Source of the DNA: the human T2T-CHM13v2.0 reference genome, Homo sapiens
DNA length: 64,000 bases
Direction: 5' to 3' (one strand)
Assembly (NCBI RefSeq): GCF_009914755.1
Contig: NC_060938.1
How positions within the stretch are numbered: the first letter of the stretch is position 1; each line of letters begins with the position of its first letter. Shown piece by piece: positions 13,062 to 29,720 of the stretch. The translations under genes were made by a program, and so were the position numbers. The notes below the pieces were generated by a model, which was not told the DNA's origin, made no database searches, and was given only the letters and a program-made list of their open reading frames with translations.

Positions 13062-13260
13062 TGTACATGGGAGGAACTTAAAACTCTATATAGCAAGTAG
13101 TAGATGAGCTGAGACACAACAAATAAGAGCAAGACACTATTACTCATAACACAACAGCAGAAGCACTAGTGTAAATGTGCTGATTTCCCTGCTCTGAAGT
13201 TGTACGGGCAACACAATGGAACCAGATGGAGGACATGAATCCAATAGTGTATGTCATCAC
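13062..13260 (-). mobile_element. ERVL-group LTR 3' fragment (MER73/74/76-like)
   Basis: Reverse strand carries gcttctgctgttgtgttatgagtaatag, related to the gctcatagtgtttgctgtactgcgattagta motif of the LTR at 14498-15075. Confidence 0.45.
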
Positions 13261-13769
13261 CCAACTAGTGGTACTGGTGGTGGGAGTATAAAGATTCTTC
13301 ACCATACTGTAGGCTACTGAGGCTGGACAGACAGAGAAGCATTAAAACAAAGTGACCAATGATACTTTGGTTATTTCTCTTTCTCCCTTATACAAGCAAA
13401 GGAGAAGTCATCGTCCTTACAATGGTGAATATGCCCTCCGTCACCACTGAAGAGGCAATTTAGTAGTGTCTGCTGAGACAAGGAAGCTCCAAATCACTGA
13501 GAAAAATTACATTTCAACACCTCTGGATGTTTCTCCTTGACCCAATCCCATAGCCATTGCTCAATAATTTCATGAGGTAGATGAATGCCACCTAGATTGG
13601 CAGTGTGAATAAACAAGGCAGGTTGGACTGAATGTACTTGGGTAGTTACTTTAAAAACAAGAACTAGACCTGGCCAACCAGTGGCCAGGAGGCCATTCTC
13701 GGGGGACCATTAACCGTGATTGCTAGAAGTCATTCAGGGAGAATACAATTGTAAATTGTATTTTCTTTC

Positions 13770-14388
13770 CAGGGTTACCTATGTACCCTCAGGAACTTTG
13801 CTTTTTGTGTGAAAGCCAAGCATTAACTTGCAATGTGCCTTTCTTTCAAAAAACTTGGTGTCTTACGCCGTGTGAATAATCACAAAAGACTTTCAACTAT
13901 AGAAGGAAACTTCATTATAGATTATGCAGTTCTCAGATGTAGGCAAAAATGTCTCCAAAATGAGATTACCTTTGTTTATGCAGGGGAGTTAATAAATGAC
14001 CTAAATGGGAATGGTCCCATTAGAAAAGGTGGTATGAAATTTATCCCTGACATTAGCTGAAGTGATCAATAAAACCACCTCAGCCCCAGAAGGCATTCAG
14101 GTCAGCCTCTGCTCGCTGGCCAAGATTATTACGGATGATAAAATTGTCCAGGCTTACAACTTTGGGGTCAAGACAGCGTCTGTGCAATAGCTAATGAAAT
14201 TAATGCACCAGAATAAGTGGAAAGATCAATTAAAAAATTAAGGAGGAATGCCCTAAGGGTTCCCCTGAGCTGCTTGTGTCCAGAACCCTGGGGATACGGT
14301 TGAGTTCAATACTGCACATTGGCCTCTTGCTGCTGTTTGGAGTCTAATAGTAGCCTTAATTAGATGCCATATGAGACAAATTGAATAG
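13770..14388 (+). pseudogene. Degenerate endogenous retroviral env (SU end and TM subunit)
   Basis: Manual translation from 14011: MVPLEKVV*NLSLTLAEVINKTTSAPEGIQVSLCSLAKIITDDKI..(fs)GQDSVCAIAN-EINAPE*VERSIKKLRRNA, then hydrophobic LSSILHIGLLLLFGV..VALIRC; heptad repeat, ISD-like segment and membrane anchor in the expected order. Confidence 0.8.
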
Positions 14389-14497
14389 ATTTTTTTCAGT
14401 TTCTGTTAGTGAGATTAATCAGAGTAGCCAGCAGAATGAAGTGCTTATAGGAAAATTAGCCAGAAGCCGAGGCACTGTAGGACTGAGGAGTGGATAT

Positions 14498-15075
14498 TGA
14501 TGAAAGACCATTCTCTATAGGTCTCTCATTTCTGAATGCCTTATGAAGGGACTGTGACTGTTTTATTTATAGCTATTTTTAAAGAATGTTTATAATGCAA
14601 ACAGCCTTGGAAATTAGAGGTAGTGATTCTCTGGGGAGCAAAAGTTGAGTTTCCTTGCATACAGCCATGGAATATAGAGATAGTATGTTTCTCCAAAGTA
14701 AAGGGCAGACATTCTTATTGTCCTGGATACTACAGATATCATCTCATGCTGCAGTAAGGTACAAACATAGTTACTGAATATTATAAAAACCTTGGCTTCC
14801 TAATTTCAGGTTTCTTTCCCTATAACATAGCCCATTGCATGTGGAAACCTCCATCAAGGCCCAGTTAGTTACCCCTGTAGAACTTGGGAAAAAGGAGAAA
14901 TGACACAATATGCTAATGCTCATAGTGTTTGCTGTACTGCGATTAGTACAGTTCCCTGTATCTGATCTAAGAGCCTTATTTTTTTTAATCAGTTTCCGTG
15001 AAACTGTGCCAGGCTAAATGTTGCTTTGCAAAGATCTTGAATTTTGCAAATTTTAAGATCTTTCGTAGCTCGTCA
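14498..15075 (+). mobile_element. 3' LTR of the env-bearing provirus (MER76-like, ERVL group)
   Basis: Purine tract gaggagtgga directly upstream, TG...CA ends, agaccattctcta..ggtctctc start and internal gagatagt...aaagggcag repeats. Confidence 0.65.
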
Positions 15076-15750
15076 TACTGCTCTACATTAGGCAGGGAAA
15101 TGTGTTTCTCCTTTATAAAATATTTTGTTATAGTTTTTTTTCAAATTAAGTAAGTTTCTTTTTATTTTTAGTCTAGTAAAACAATTTATTTAATGCTTTT
15201 TATATGTCACTTGAAATTTTCCTCTTAAGTCTGCTAGTGGAGTGATTTCACTGACAAATTCCTGATATTAAATCACTCTTGCATCCCAATGATATAACAT
15301 ACTTTAAAACAATATTTTATTTTGTAAATTGTTAATTTCATTTAAAAAATATGTTATTTTGGAACTATGCTTTTATTTTCATGTGTAAAATTTGCATCAT
15401 CCACACATTGGCTCCGCAACTGATAGAGGGATGATTCTTTGGTGAGAAAGGCAAATTATTAACCTGTGGAACTTCACCCTCCTTTCAAAATTGTAAACCA
15501 AATGCAAAATCTCATTTTAGAGAAATTTCAAAAAACTGCCATCATCCATTAACTTCAAAGATAAAGAAATGAGGAGTCCTATCACTTTCTTATTTATCTC
15601 ACTTGATTAAGTTTTGAATGGGCACCGATTATCATCCTTTAACCTCACAACTGCTATTCAGGACATTATCTCTCACCTGGAAAAAAATCACCCATGGAAT
15701 TTGATATGCAACCTTTTTTTTTCTAGAAAATAATTTTATTCTATATGTGT

Positions 15751-16235
15751 TGTATTAGAATCGTGCAGAGAAACAGAATCAATAGGTTATTAGACACATA
15801 CACACACACGCACACATGCACAGAATTGGTGCACATGATAACGGAGGGTGAACAGCCCCACAGTCTTCAGTTGGCAAGTTGGAGACCTAGGGAAGCTGGT
15901 GGTGCAGATCAATTTTGAATTGAAAGGCCCAAAAACCAGGAAAATCAATAGTGTAAGACCCAGTCTCAGGGCATGAAAAAGTGGATAATCCAGCTCAGCC
16001 AGTCATAAGAGATAGAGCAAATTCTCCCTTCCTTTTTATTCATTTCAGGCCGGCCTTCAGTGGATTGGGTCATTCCCACACACACTGGGGAGGGCAACTT
16101 CTTTACTCCACCTATAAAGTCAAATGCTAATCTTATCCAGAAATGTCCTTACAGACACACTAAGAAATAATATTTAACCAAATATCTGGGTACCCAGTTC
16201 CTCAGTCAAATTGACATATAAAATTAACTATCATA
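15751..16235 (-). mobile_element. MLT2 (ERVL) solo LTR
   Basis: tgtattag...agagaaacagaatcaatagg...ttgacatataaaattaactatcata; 5-bp TSD tgtgt/tctgt. Confidence 0.85.
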
Positions 16236-16816
16236 TCTGTTGACCAGTAAAACTAGAATCACTTTTATTTCACATAAGAGTGAAAGGTATGCGTTTATAA
16301 TGATGTATCTTCTTAGTCTTTTCTTGAAGATAATTAAACTATTTTGGTTTTTGCCAGATGTTAGCCAAAAAGGGCATTGCCACTGTAGCACAGAACACTA
16401 TGCTGTTCCTCAGAAAACATAATATTTATTAGAATTGATGAGCTGGAAGTACCAGCTATCCTAGAAGAACTTAGTAAGTCATAGGAATAAATGCTGGGTG
16501 AAAAACCTTAACAAAAATTAAAAGATCAGCCTCCTTGGTGAAGTTACCAGGGATTCAGTAGTCTGTAAGCAAAACTTTGTACCATCTATAGCCAATCCAA
16601 ATCCCAATGTCTTGTGCGAATTTGGATTTTTTTAAGTAAATATGTACATATTTACGTATGCTTTTAAAAGTTAGCTGCCAAGTAGCCTATAAAACTTGCA
16701 GTTTTGAAAGGTCAAGTGAAGGGGAACACTCTACAGCAAGTCTAGAGTTCAGCACAGCTGTCTTCTATATGGAAATCGTGACACAGTTGTTACAAATGTG
16801 TTTTAAGTGTCTATGG

Positions 16817-17034
16817 CAGTGGTTGAAAAATTCCAACCTGCTGGCAAAATCCAGCTCATTATCTGTTTTGGCACACAAATTTTTATTTGAACACACTCAT
16901 TTGATTCTATATTGTCTATATCTACTTTTTTATTACAATGGTAGAGTTGAGTAGTTGTGACAGAAACCATATAGTCTTCAAAGTCCAAAAAATTTACTCT
17001 CTGGCTCTTTATACAAAATCTTTGCTAACCCTTG
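16817..17034 (+). mobile_element. MER58A-like hAT-Charlie MITE
   Basis: gtagagttgagtagttgtgacagaaacc, tttactctctggctcttta, tttgctaacccttg; degenerate 8-bp TSD gtctatgg/gtttatga. Confidence 0.8.
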
Positions 17035-18231
17035 GTTTATGACATTTCAGGATTTGGAGAGAAATCATGTAATCTTCTGCAAGTAAACACTCTCCTTTGC
17101 CAATGGGCCCTGATAGAGAAGTGAATGGCTTGAATTTGGAATACCAACTGACAATGTAGGCTAAACTGCCCATTGTGAATTAGGCATTTTCTGATTCTCT
17201 TAACAAAATGTTTAGTATACAGCCGTTCTACATTATCAAATGGTGCTGAACGACATAAGAATCATGAACAGGTCAAATTCTCAAAGCATCTATTTCTACT
17301 GCTTGTATTCTCCTTTCGCTCACACCTACATCTTAAGAATATAACTTAGAAATACCCTGTGTCCAATTAGTGGAGGAAGAAAAACCTTGCTTTTGTTTGC
17401 AGATCATTTTGTACTATATACTGGCACCAAGAAGAAGGGGTCCTTTTCAGCATTAGAGTATGCTTTCAGGTGGCCTTGGCCTTGAAAGATAGAGGAAAAA
17501 GAGAACACTTGTCCTTTTCCATCTACATCCCCTCCCACGCCCTCTTCTTTACCCTCCCAGAGGAACACTTAACCATGCATTTGTTTTCCAGTTTGCCTAG
17601 ATGGAGACAGAGTCAAAGGGACTGCTATTCACTGATTCATATATACTGTCAAATAATTTGGCAGGATAAGGAAGGAGTAGGTTGGAACAAGTTTGGAGGA
17701 CTGATGTTATAAAGGGTGGATAAAAAGAATAAGATGAATCTTTCAGAGTGGGCACAGATTATGTCAATATTGTATGCTATGGGAGGCACACAAAAGATTT
17801 CTCAGGACAAATAAAGTGTTCAACTTTCTGATAGAAATGGTTTTTAAAACAATTTGACTGCATTATGATTAGGAAATAGTAGTATCTCCAGATACTAATC
17901 AAGCCAACAAGGTTTTGTTTGTAAGTATAGCTGTTCAAAATTGTTGTTCAAATTTCTAATATATATAATCTGTAGTTGTCCTTCTCTTTCCTTTTATTTT
18001 TATTAGCTTTCATTTTTTCATTCATTTTTCTTTATGTTTAACAATGTTATTAGTTATTTTTTCATGGTATAGATTTTAATTCACAATTATATGTGAGTTT
18101 TAACCATCTGACGTTATTTATTTCTGATTAGAGTGTGTTAGTGTTAGAGGATAATGTTTTTTTAGATACAGATTCTTTGGATTGTGGCCTAGTTTCATTT
18201 TCATTAATGCTCACTAATTATTAATACATGT

Positions 18232-18613
18232 ATGGCATATTAAGTTTCAACCAAAGAAGTGGTGCTGGTGGAAGATAGTTATTAATAGAATTAGTGTAAG
18301 AATTTGACTTATGCAGTCATAGAGTCTGGTTGGGCAAGTTTGCAATCTCTAGGGCAGGCCACTAGGAAGGGCAGCCTGGAACCATGGGCAAGAGCTGAAG
18401 CTGCTGTCTACAAGGAGCATTTCTCCTTCAGGAAGGCCTCATCTCTATTTTCAACTAATTGTATCAGGCCCACCCAGCTTATCTAGCATAATCCCAATTT
18501 ATTATGAATTTTAATCACATATACACAATATCTCTACAGCAACACCCTTATTAATACTTAATTGAATAACTGGAGACTTGTAGCCTAAGTTAGTATATCA
18601 AAACCACCATTTC
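18232..18613 (-). mobile_element. MLT2 (E/F-like) LTR
   Basis: gggcaagtttgcaatctctagggcaggcc, caggcccacccag, acagcaacacc, gaataactgg..tagcctaag. Confidence 0.7.
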
Positions 18614-18974
18614 ATATGCTAATAAAATGGCGTATTCTATATTATTTGTAGTCAAACTTTATTTCATACCTCTGTATTTATGTAAAAAATACATAAATTC
18701 ATGCCTACCAATTTATTTTAAGACATGAATTTAGGTATAAATGTGTTATTTATACCAATTATAGCCTCCTCTTTGTGCCTATTGTTTTTCATATCAAGTC
18801 TGGATTTGTCAGATATAAATATTGCTATTTTAGATATCTTGATGTTGGTCCATGGTATCATTTTCTGCTTCTTACAACATCAAAGAAATGAAAAACAAAC
18901 CAGAAATGGACAAAAATAATGAATATTCTATTTGTTGTTATCTTAAATGTTTCTCTCATAAGCAATGTTATTTC

Positions 18975-19223
18975 TTTTTTAAATTTTTATTTTTAATTTT
19001 TGCTGGTACATAATAGGTGTATGTATGGGGTACATGAGATGTTTTGACACAGGCATGCAATGTGAAATAAGCACATCGTGGAGAAGGGGGTATCCATCTC
19101 CTCAAACATTTATTCTTTGAGTTACAAACAAGTCAATTACACTCTTCAAGTTATCTTAAAATGTACAGTTAAGTTTTCATTGGCCATAGTCACCCTATTG
19201 TGCTATCAGCTACTAGGTCTTAT
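18975..19223 (-). mobile_element. L1MA (L1MA1-3-like) 3' end
   Basis: poly-T then ggggtacatgagatgttttgacacaggcatgcaatgtgaaataagcacatc. Confidence 0.85.
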
Positions 19224-20239
19224 AGCAGTGTGGTTCTGGATTTTGTTATATCTAAGAATCCTAAGATTTTGTCAATAGTCATTTTAGTGAAAGTAAATAC
19301 TCATGTTTTTCAGAGCATAACTCACTGAAAGGAGCCATCCCTGAGGTTAGTGAGTTTGTGGTATGTCAAACAGAGACTCAGCCCTATAAAGCCAACACCC
19401 AGTTTTCCATCAGAGCACCTACTTTACTTTATACATACTCTAAGAACTGCTTTTTACAAAAGATTGTCTCACACCAAATTATGATGCTTAAAAGGTGAAG
19501 TGGAGGAGAGTTGACAACACCAGGACAGATAACCTGTCATTACTGGTTGTTTTCTGCTCCCCCTGCCAAGCAGGTCATTATAGTCATGATATTACCACAC
19601 TACCCTGCGCTGCCTTAGCTGGCATCCGCTGCTTTTGAAAGGCGAAGACGCAAACACTGATCCATGCAAGTAAAGTAGGAAAAAAGTGAGTGGACAATTA
19701 GAAGTTCTGTGTCACTCTAGCTTATCATTGTGGCCTGTAACATCTAACCCTCTCCCTCCTTAGGCTCCTCAGGTTTCCAATGGATCAGATATCTCCTAGA
19801 ATCACAAGCCCGTATTTTATTTTATCATAATATGAATAAAATTAAAAATAAACCATCTAATTGTACAGACTAGAAAGTTAAAACTTCTACATACTACTCT
19901 CCAGATTTATGTTTTTAGGACTATGAGTTACTCTGTTACTCTAATATTTCAATGATATTTATATACATGTCAAAATATTACATGCAGTGACAAGATTGAT
20001 TAAAGTGGCTTTTTGTTGATACATTTTTACTTGGCTGTACTGTGAAATATTGTATACTTCTAAAGGCATGCAAAAATATATTCAATTCAAAACGAATCAA
20101 ACAGAAGCATTAATATTCTAAGTGCTTCTCAGGAAATTCATTTACCTTAGAAAAATAAACTATTTTAAATATGTATATACTAAATTATTATTTATGGCTC
20201 TAGACTAAGAGAATGGCTCTGCAACAGCATACGTATTAA

Positions 20240-20520
<281 letters not shown>

Positions 20521-21701
20521 CCCACCCACATTCTTTTACCCTCCTCCTCCCTCTCCTCCCATCCCCGGCCCCAGTACCACACACACTTCATTTCTTTTTC
20601 ATCTTTGCCTTTGGAGTCCCTACTGTGGTTCGCCTTCCACTCTCAAACTTCTGAACTCTCTTCAGGATTTTGTCAGGGACCCGAACACACTAAAACCATC
20701 CCTTACTAACTTACAAATGGCTTTTAATATTAAATGTTGGTAAAATAATCTATATAATAGTTAAATAATTTTTGTGTTAGAATTTCTGGGATCAAAATTC
20801 TGGGAAGATTCATGTGATTCTTTCTTGCAGATGCTCTCAATTATACTGATACAGCAGCATGTAACTCTTTGTGGTCATAACTGTGAACCATATAAAATGA
20901 TAAGTTAATTATAATACAAATGGGTTAGTAAAAGAGTAAGCATGTTGTACATGCCACATCACTGTTTAATGATAGTGATAAAATATGCTAATATTTCAGT
21001 GATTGCATTTAATTTTAGAGGTGCAGTTGCTTCATAGACAGCTAAAAGTAATTGCAATTTCATAGACGTTTTACAGTGGCAGTAAATTAACTCACAAGGT
21101 CAATGATTAACAATATATTGTTTACCTGTGGTATTAAAATGTGGCAAAAGTAGTTCCCTTGTTAAAACTATTTTCACTGGAGGAAATATATCATAATTCT
21201 TAATATGAATCTGTGAATATATGACAGACGTAATATTTGCTAATCAATTTTTATTGAAGTCATTCATAAATTTTAATGAGTATTAAATTTTAATAATCAT
21301 TCAATTTATTAAATTTTAATTTTACAAGTAATAGCTATATTCTCCCTTATAACATTTGTATATTATTAATGAAATTAAAATCACTCCAAAATCATCCCAC
21401 ATCCTAGTCACTTCCCTTCAAAAAAAGATCACTACTTTTTGTATCAATTATGACAGATTTTTGAACTTTTACACATATTAAATGTATCTTTAAAATTATA
21501 GACTTTATTTTGTATAACTTTCTATATGTTTTCAAATAAATGGTATCTTACTTTAATACTGCTCAGGAGCTTACTTTTTCTTTACCAACTTTTTTTTTTA
21601 GAATAGCCAGATTAAAACATGTAGAAACAACATTCTTTTATATATGCTTTTTTTAGACTGCATGGTTTAACATGGCATAATTTACCATGTTTAATCTACA
21701 C

Positions 21702-22583
<882 letters not shown>

Positions 22584-24327
22584 TACACATTTATTTTTGA
22601 TGGACATTTCGATTGTAACTTTTTTGATACTAAATGATGGAATTAACATCTAGGATATCTTGTATATAGTTGGAAGTGTTTCTCAAATTTACATGCTCGA
22701 GGTAGAATTGCTGGGCCAAGAGAAGAAACATCCTCAATTTTAAATGTTGGTTCTAAGCTGCCCAGTATATTGATGTGTAAATTCATATTCTCTAAAAAAA
22801 TTTGCATTAAAATACCATTTCTCTATAATGTTGCCAAATCAATCATGCGTTTATTGCCAACATTGTGTATATCTAAGAGTGAAAAATTTTAAAAAGTTAA
22901 CATTAAGAAATTTAATTAATTCAGGATCTCCGATGATACTGTATTGGTAAAGAGACGAATTCCAAAATAGATGCCAAATCTCATGACATAGTCTTGACTG
23001 TTTCTCTTCAATGCCTCTGAAGAGTGACATGTCTGCTTGGATTCACAGAAACTATGTATTAGGCCATAGACTTAGCCAGTTATGGTGGGGGCAGGGTTCC
23101 TTGGCTTCCATGCGTGAGTACAAGACAGACAATGTCTCTGATAAAACCGGGAACAGAAACAGGATGGAAGCAAAGTAGGATTTGGATTTAAAACCCATTT
23201 AACAAGAATCTTAGCATAATTTAGTAGAGTGTGACCATGAACAGGTCATTCCAATTTCTTATGTATTTCATTTCTAATTTACTGTTCTCAAAATTAATAC
23301 TACATATTGTATCTGTTCCTTAGGCTGTATCAAAAGGAGTATGTCTCTAATTTTATTTTGTATAATCTAGAGATTCATATAGAGATTCGACCTCCAGCAG
23401 AGAGCTAAAATAAAATCCCATCAGACTTCTTTTTAATTGGAGAGAAAACATTATTTATTCGGCATAGGAAACTTTGGTGAGAACCTTTTTCTCCAAAAAA
23501 GCAAGTTAATGGAATGCCATTGGAAAAAAATGTTTTGATTTAACTACATGGTGGTACATTTGGGAGTCCTCAAAAATAGGTTCTTTTGTTTATATTAGAC
23601 ATAGGACATTTTAAATCCAAGACCGGCATTTGGGATTTACACATATTCTGTCTGACTGTAGCTAATAAAAGCATTTTGCTTTATTCTTTCATTCAATTAC
23701 GTGTTTTCTTCCTTTGGCTTCCTCTAGGGAATTCATTACTTTCAATATGGCTCTAATTGACTTTTTGCATGGTGTTTTACAGACAATGAGAAAAAAGTAG
23801 GAAGTTCATTTGTAATTTGGAAAAATAATGAGCACACTATCATCATCTACCAGTAGAGGAGAGCATGCCCCCAGACACAGGCACACACAATTAGCTGTCA
23901 GACCCACTCCTCTTCTCTCCATTGATTATAGTCCCTTGTTAGAGTTCCCAAGTGATCAATACAAGATATGTTGAGAAACAGTTCTCATAATTCCCATTTA
24001 GGAATGACAAATACATTCAGTACCAGGGTTTTTATTAAAATTTAAGAAATAAAAAAATCTAAAACTTATAAAATAACCACTTGACCACTTGGTGTAAATT
24101 TTTAGAAGTCTTTACTTGATTTTAAGCAACTAAATCTGATCAGGAGGTAATAATTCTCTGTAAAAGGAAATCCAATCAAAAGTAAAATTTCCTGAGAATT
24201 GTATTTTTCCTTCACAGCTATTAAATCGACACTTGTGCACTAAATGAATGTGTACATTATAAGTATTAAGGGGTAAAACAATATTATAATGTATAGCCAC
24301 ATTTTAAAAGAAAATGAAGAGTTTGTA

Positions 24328-24387
24328 TAACAATCTAACAATCTAAATTCTAAAAGTAATAACAGTCTAACTTCTAAAAGTAATAAC
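24328..24387. repeat. 24-bp tandem duplication plus partial copies
   Basis: taacaatctaaattctaaaagtaa / taacagtctaacttctaaaagtaa. Confidence 0.9.
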
Positions 24388-24659
24388 TTTTATAACTTTG
24401 TAGTTGGTACTTCAAAACATTCTCACTGATGTCTAATGGATCTGAAGAATTTTCCATATCAAAATGCAGGAAAATAGCAGATTGTTTTCATAAGAAGATA
24501 ATTGAATTACAGAAGCAAAACATCCACAGTTCACAACAGTTTATCAGTAATGAATTAGAAATCAGCTAAGGTAGGTATGTGTGTGTGTGCACTTGTATGT
24601 ATGAAAAGAGAGTGAGAACCAACAAATAACTATGATAAGAATGATCTAAATGAAGTTTC

Positions 24660-25760
24660 AAATATCCAATTGAATAGAACAAAGACAAAAGAAGCTTAGC
24701 ATCCTTAGTTTAGATATACAGATTAAATAACAATGATATACCGCTACACATGCAGGAGAATGGCTATAAACAAAAAAGACTAAAAGTAACAAGTGTTGAT
24801 GAGGACATAGAGAAACTGGAATCCTCTACATTTTTTATAGGAATATAAAATGGTGCATCCATTTTGAAAACCTGAAAGGAAGGTTTCTTGTTTTCTTGTT
24901 TTTTTAAATAAGTTAAACAGAAATGTACTATATAATCCCACAGTTTTGGTTCTAGGTTACCCAAAGAAAATAGAAATATATCTTCACAAAAGACTTGGAT
25001 GTGAATGTTTATACTAGGATTATTTGAATACTATGACATTGAAAAAGTAGAACCAATTAAAATATTCAAAACTGGTGAAAGGATAATCAAACAGTGGCAT
25101 ATCCATACAATGGAATACTATTCAGTAGTAAGAAGGAAATGAAGTGTTGATGATGCCACACCATGGATGAATCTCAAAAGCAATATGCCAAGTAAAAGAA
25201 ACCAGATTCCAAATATTACATATATTTCTGGTGGTGGTTTCACAACTCTGTAAATTTATTAAATGTACTAGGCCGTTCTTGCATTTCTATAAAGAAAAGC
25301 CTGAAGCTAGGTAATTTATAATGTAAAGAAGTTTAATTGACTCTCAGTTCTTCCCGCTATGCAGGAAGTATGGCATTGGCCTCTGCTCAGCCTCTGGGAA
25401 GGCCATATGAAGATTGCAATCATGGCAGAAGGCAAAGAGGGAGCAGATGTGTCTCATGGGAGGAGAGCAGGAATGAGGGTTGGGGAGGTACCCTGCACTT
25501 TTAAACAATCAGGTCTTACATGACACGGATCCCTCATGATATGGAGGACAGCATAAAGCCATGAGGGATCCATACTATGAGCCAATCACCTCCTCAACAA
25601 GCCCCACCTCCAACATTGGGGATTACATTTCAACATGAGATTTGGCAGGGACAAATATTCAAGTTATATCACTAAAAGTCAATGAATTGTACATTCCAAT
25701 GTAAAATGAGTAAATTTTATGATACCTAAATTACAGCTTAACAAATCTATTCAAAATAAG
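24660..25760 (+). mobile_element. Old L1M (MB-ME) ORF2 end and 3'UTR, split by an MST LTR
   Basis: aacaagtgttgatgaggacatagagaaactggaa, atccatacaatggaatactattcag, catggatgaatctcaaaa. Confidence 0.8.
25264..25671 (-). mobile_element. MSTA-like MaLR solo LTR
   Basis: tgtactaggccgttcttgcatt...ccccacctccaacattggggattacatttcaacatgagatttgg...tatca; 5-bp TSD ttaaa/ctaaa. Confidence 0.9.
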
Positions 25761-26016
25761 TACAAGAGGGAATATTTTATCATGGCCAAATAAGAAATGA
25801 GGAAGCAAAGATAGAACTAGAAGGAAAAACTAACAAACCACCAAGTTTCCAAACTGCCAAATAAATCACTTTTTCTCTGATTAGAAGCATTTCATTTCTT
25901 ATAGCATAATAAATACAAATAAGTAGGTTATAAGGTCTTTGGAATTATCAAACCAAATTTTAAACTGAAAAAATATTGTGAGACTCTATAAAAATAATAT
26001 TTAAAATTTCCCCAAG

Positions 26017-28272
<2,256 letters not shown>

Positions 28273-28275
<3 letters not shown>

Positions 28276-28517
28276 TGATGGGCATCTGGGTTTGTTCCAA
28301 GTCTTTGCTATTGTGCTATTGTGAACAGTGCTGCAATAAAAATATGTGTGCATGTGTCTTTATAGTAGAATAATTTATAATCCTTTGGGCATATACCGAG
28401 TAATGGAATTTCTGGGTTAAATGTTATATCTAGTTCTAGATCCTTCAGGAATCACCACACTGTCTTCCACAATTGTTGAACTAATTTACACTCCCACCAA
28501 CAGTGTAAAAGCATTCC
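28273..28517 (-). mobile_element. Second L1 ORF2 C-terminal fragment (older, L1PA7/8-like) fused to the preceding L1
   Basis: Homologous to ~26428-26665 but with different diagnostics (tagtagaat, ctaatttacactccc). Confidence 0.85.
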
Positions 28518-29179
28518 AATTTTAAGTATGGAAAATATCAACAACTCACAGAAACATCACCCATTTGTCACCCTTACTAAATTGTAACTGTATAAAGGGA
28601 ATTTCTGAGACCAAATCTTTTGAGAAACTTGTTTTCTATTTTTCAGGATGTCTTTTAGCTTGTGTATAGGAGATTAGGACAAATAACCTATCTTCTTGAA
28701 GCATTTCCACACCCTCCGCAACAGGAAAGGGATGGATCAAAATTAAGATACTTAATTTCTTCTTTCTCAGTTATATAAAGTACTTGATTCAGCCACCAGA
28801 GAGAAGAATCTTTTACTAATGACCTCTTGTATAACATTCTATAACACTTAGTTATATTACAATTCTCTCACACACTATGTACCCCATCTTCACTACATCC
28901 CTGTGAGGTAGTGAAATTTCTCTCCAGTAGCAGGGCACTATTGTGAACATTGAAGGAGAGTAAGAAAGCTCAGAATGGAAGGATCTATCCTCTAGGAATT
29001 GAAAAGTTACTAAAAAGGAAATTATAACGCCCAGTTATGATACATTACAAGTATTTTGTTAAATGTAATTATATGATAAATTGAAAAAAATGAGAGTCAC
29101 TAAATTTCAGAGAGAGGGTGAAATGTTATTTTACATATCTGGATAGTATTTCATTCAATAAGGAGGAATTAAGATAAGA

Positions 29180-29720
29180 TAAATAAGAGAAAGTATGTGT
29201 TGAAGTGTGTATGAGAAGTGGGATGGAAAATGATTGATTCTGTTTTAGATATATTCAAGTAAATATGCCTTATAGCATGCCAGTAAAGATGTCTGATAGG
29301 CTGTTTCATAAACTTGTCTGAAGTTCAGAAGATAAACAGTGTGGGAATTTTGATCTAAACATTAGTGGATTTTATTGGGTGGTTAAAGTTATAGAAGATG
29401 ATGAAAGGAAAACATGAAGATTGGAAGAAAAAAACATATGTGGAATCTTGCCAATCACCAAAATTTTAAGAATGAGCAGATACAGATGTACTTGCAAGTA
29501 CATATATCACTGGACAGAGAGGTGGGCATAGGAGAACATGGAGTTGAGATGAGAATCCCTGTGGTATCCTGTGGAATCCAGTGGAAGAGAATTTCAAAAA
29601 GAAGAAAGTTGTCCACAGTGGCAAATGCTGCAAAACAAAGTAAGATCAGAATAGGTAACTAAGGAAAATATAAGAATAACTGGTGTACTAGGGAGAACAA
29701 ATCCAGTGAGTAGTAGAAAG
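29180..29720 (-). mobile_element. L2 relic
   Basis: Purine-rich; ttctgttttagatatatt...atgcct...gatgtctgataggctgtt...gtctgaagttcagaaga...caaatgctgca. Confidence 0.55.

Larger units (their letters stand above)
15430..17830 (+). mobile_element. Highly decayed ERVL-type pol (RT to RNase H), split by MLT2 and MER58
   Basis: gaaaggcaaatt...tggaacttcaccctcc...attgtaaaccaaatgcaa and ggatttggag...tcttctgca...actctccttt...tgggccctgatagaga resemble ERVL pol; no open frame. Confidence 0.55.

Noticed and set aside
13833-14060. 75-aa ORF in the env region
   Set aside because: The env-like peptide is in a different, interrupted frame; this ORF is not a coherent product.
19480-19680. GC-richer unique segment with a few CpGs, possible exon or promoter
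   Set aside because: No convincing splice-site pair, ORF or motif cluster from sequence alone.
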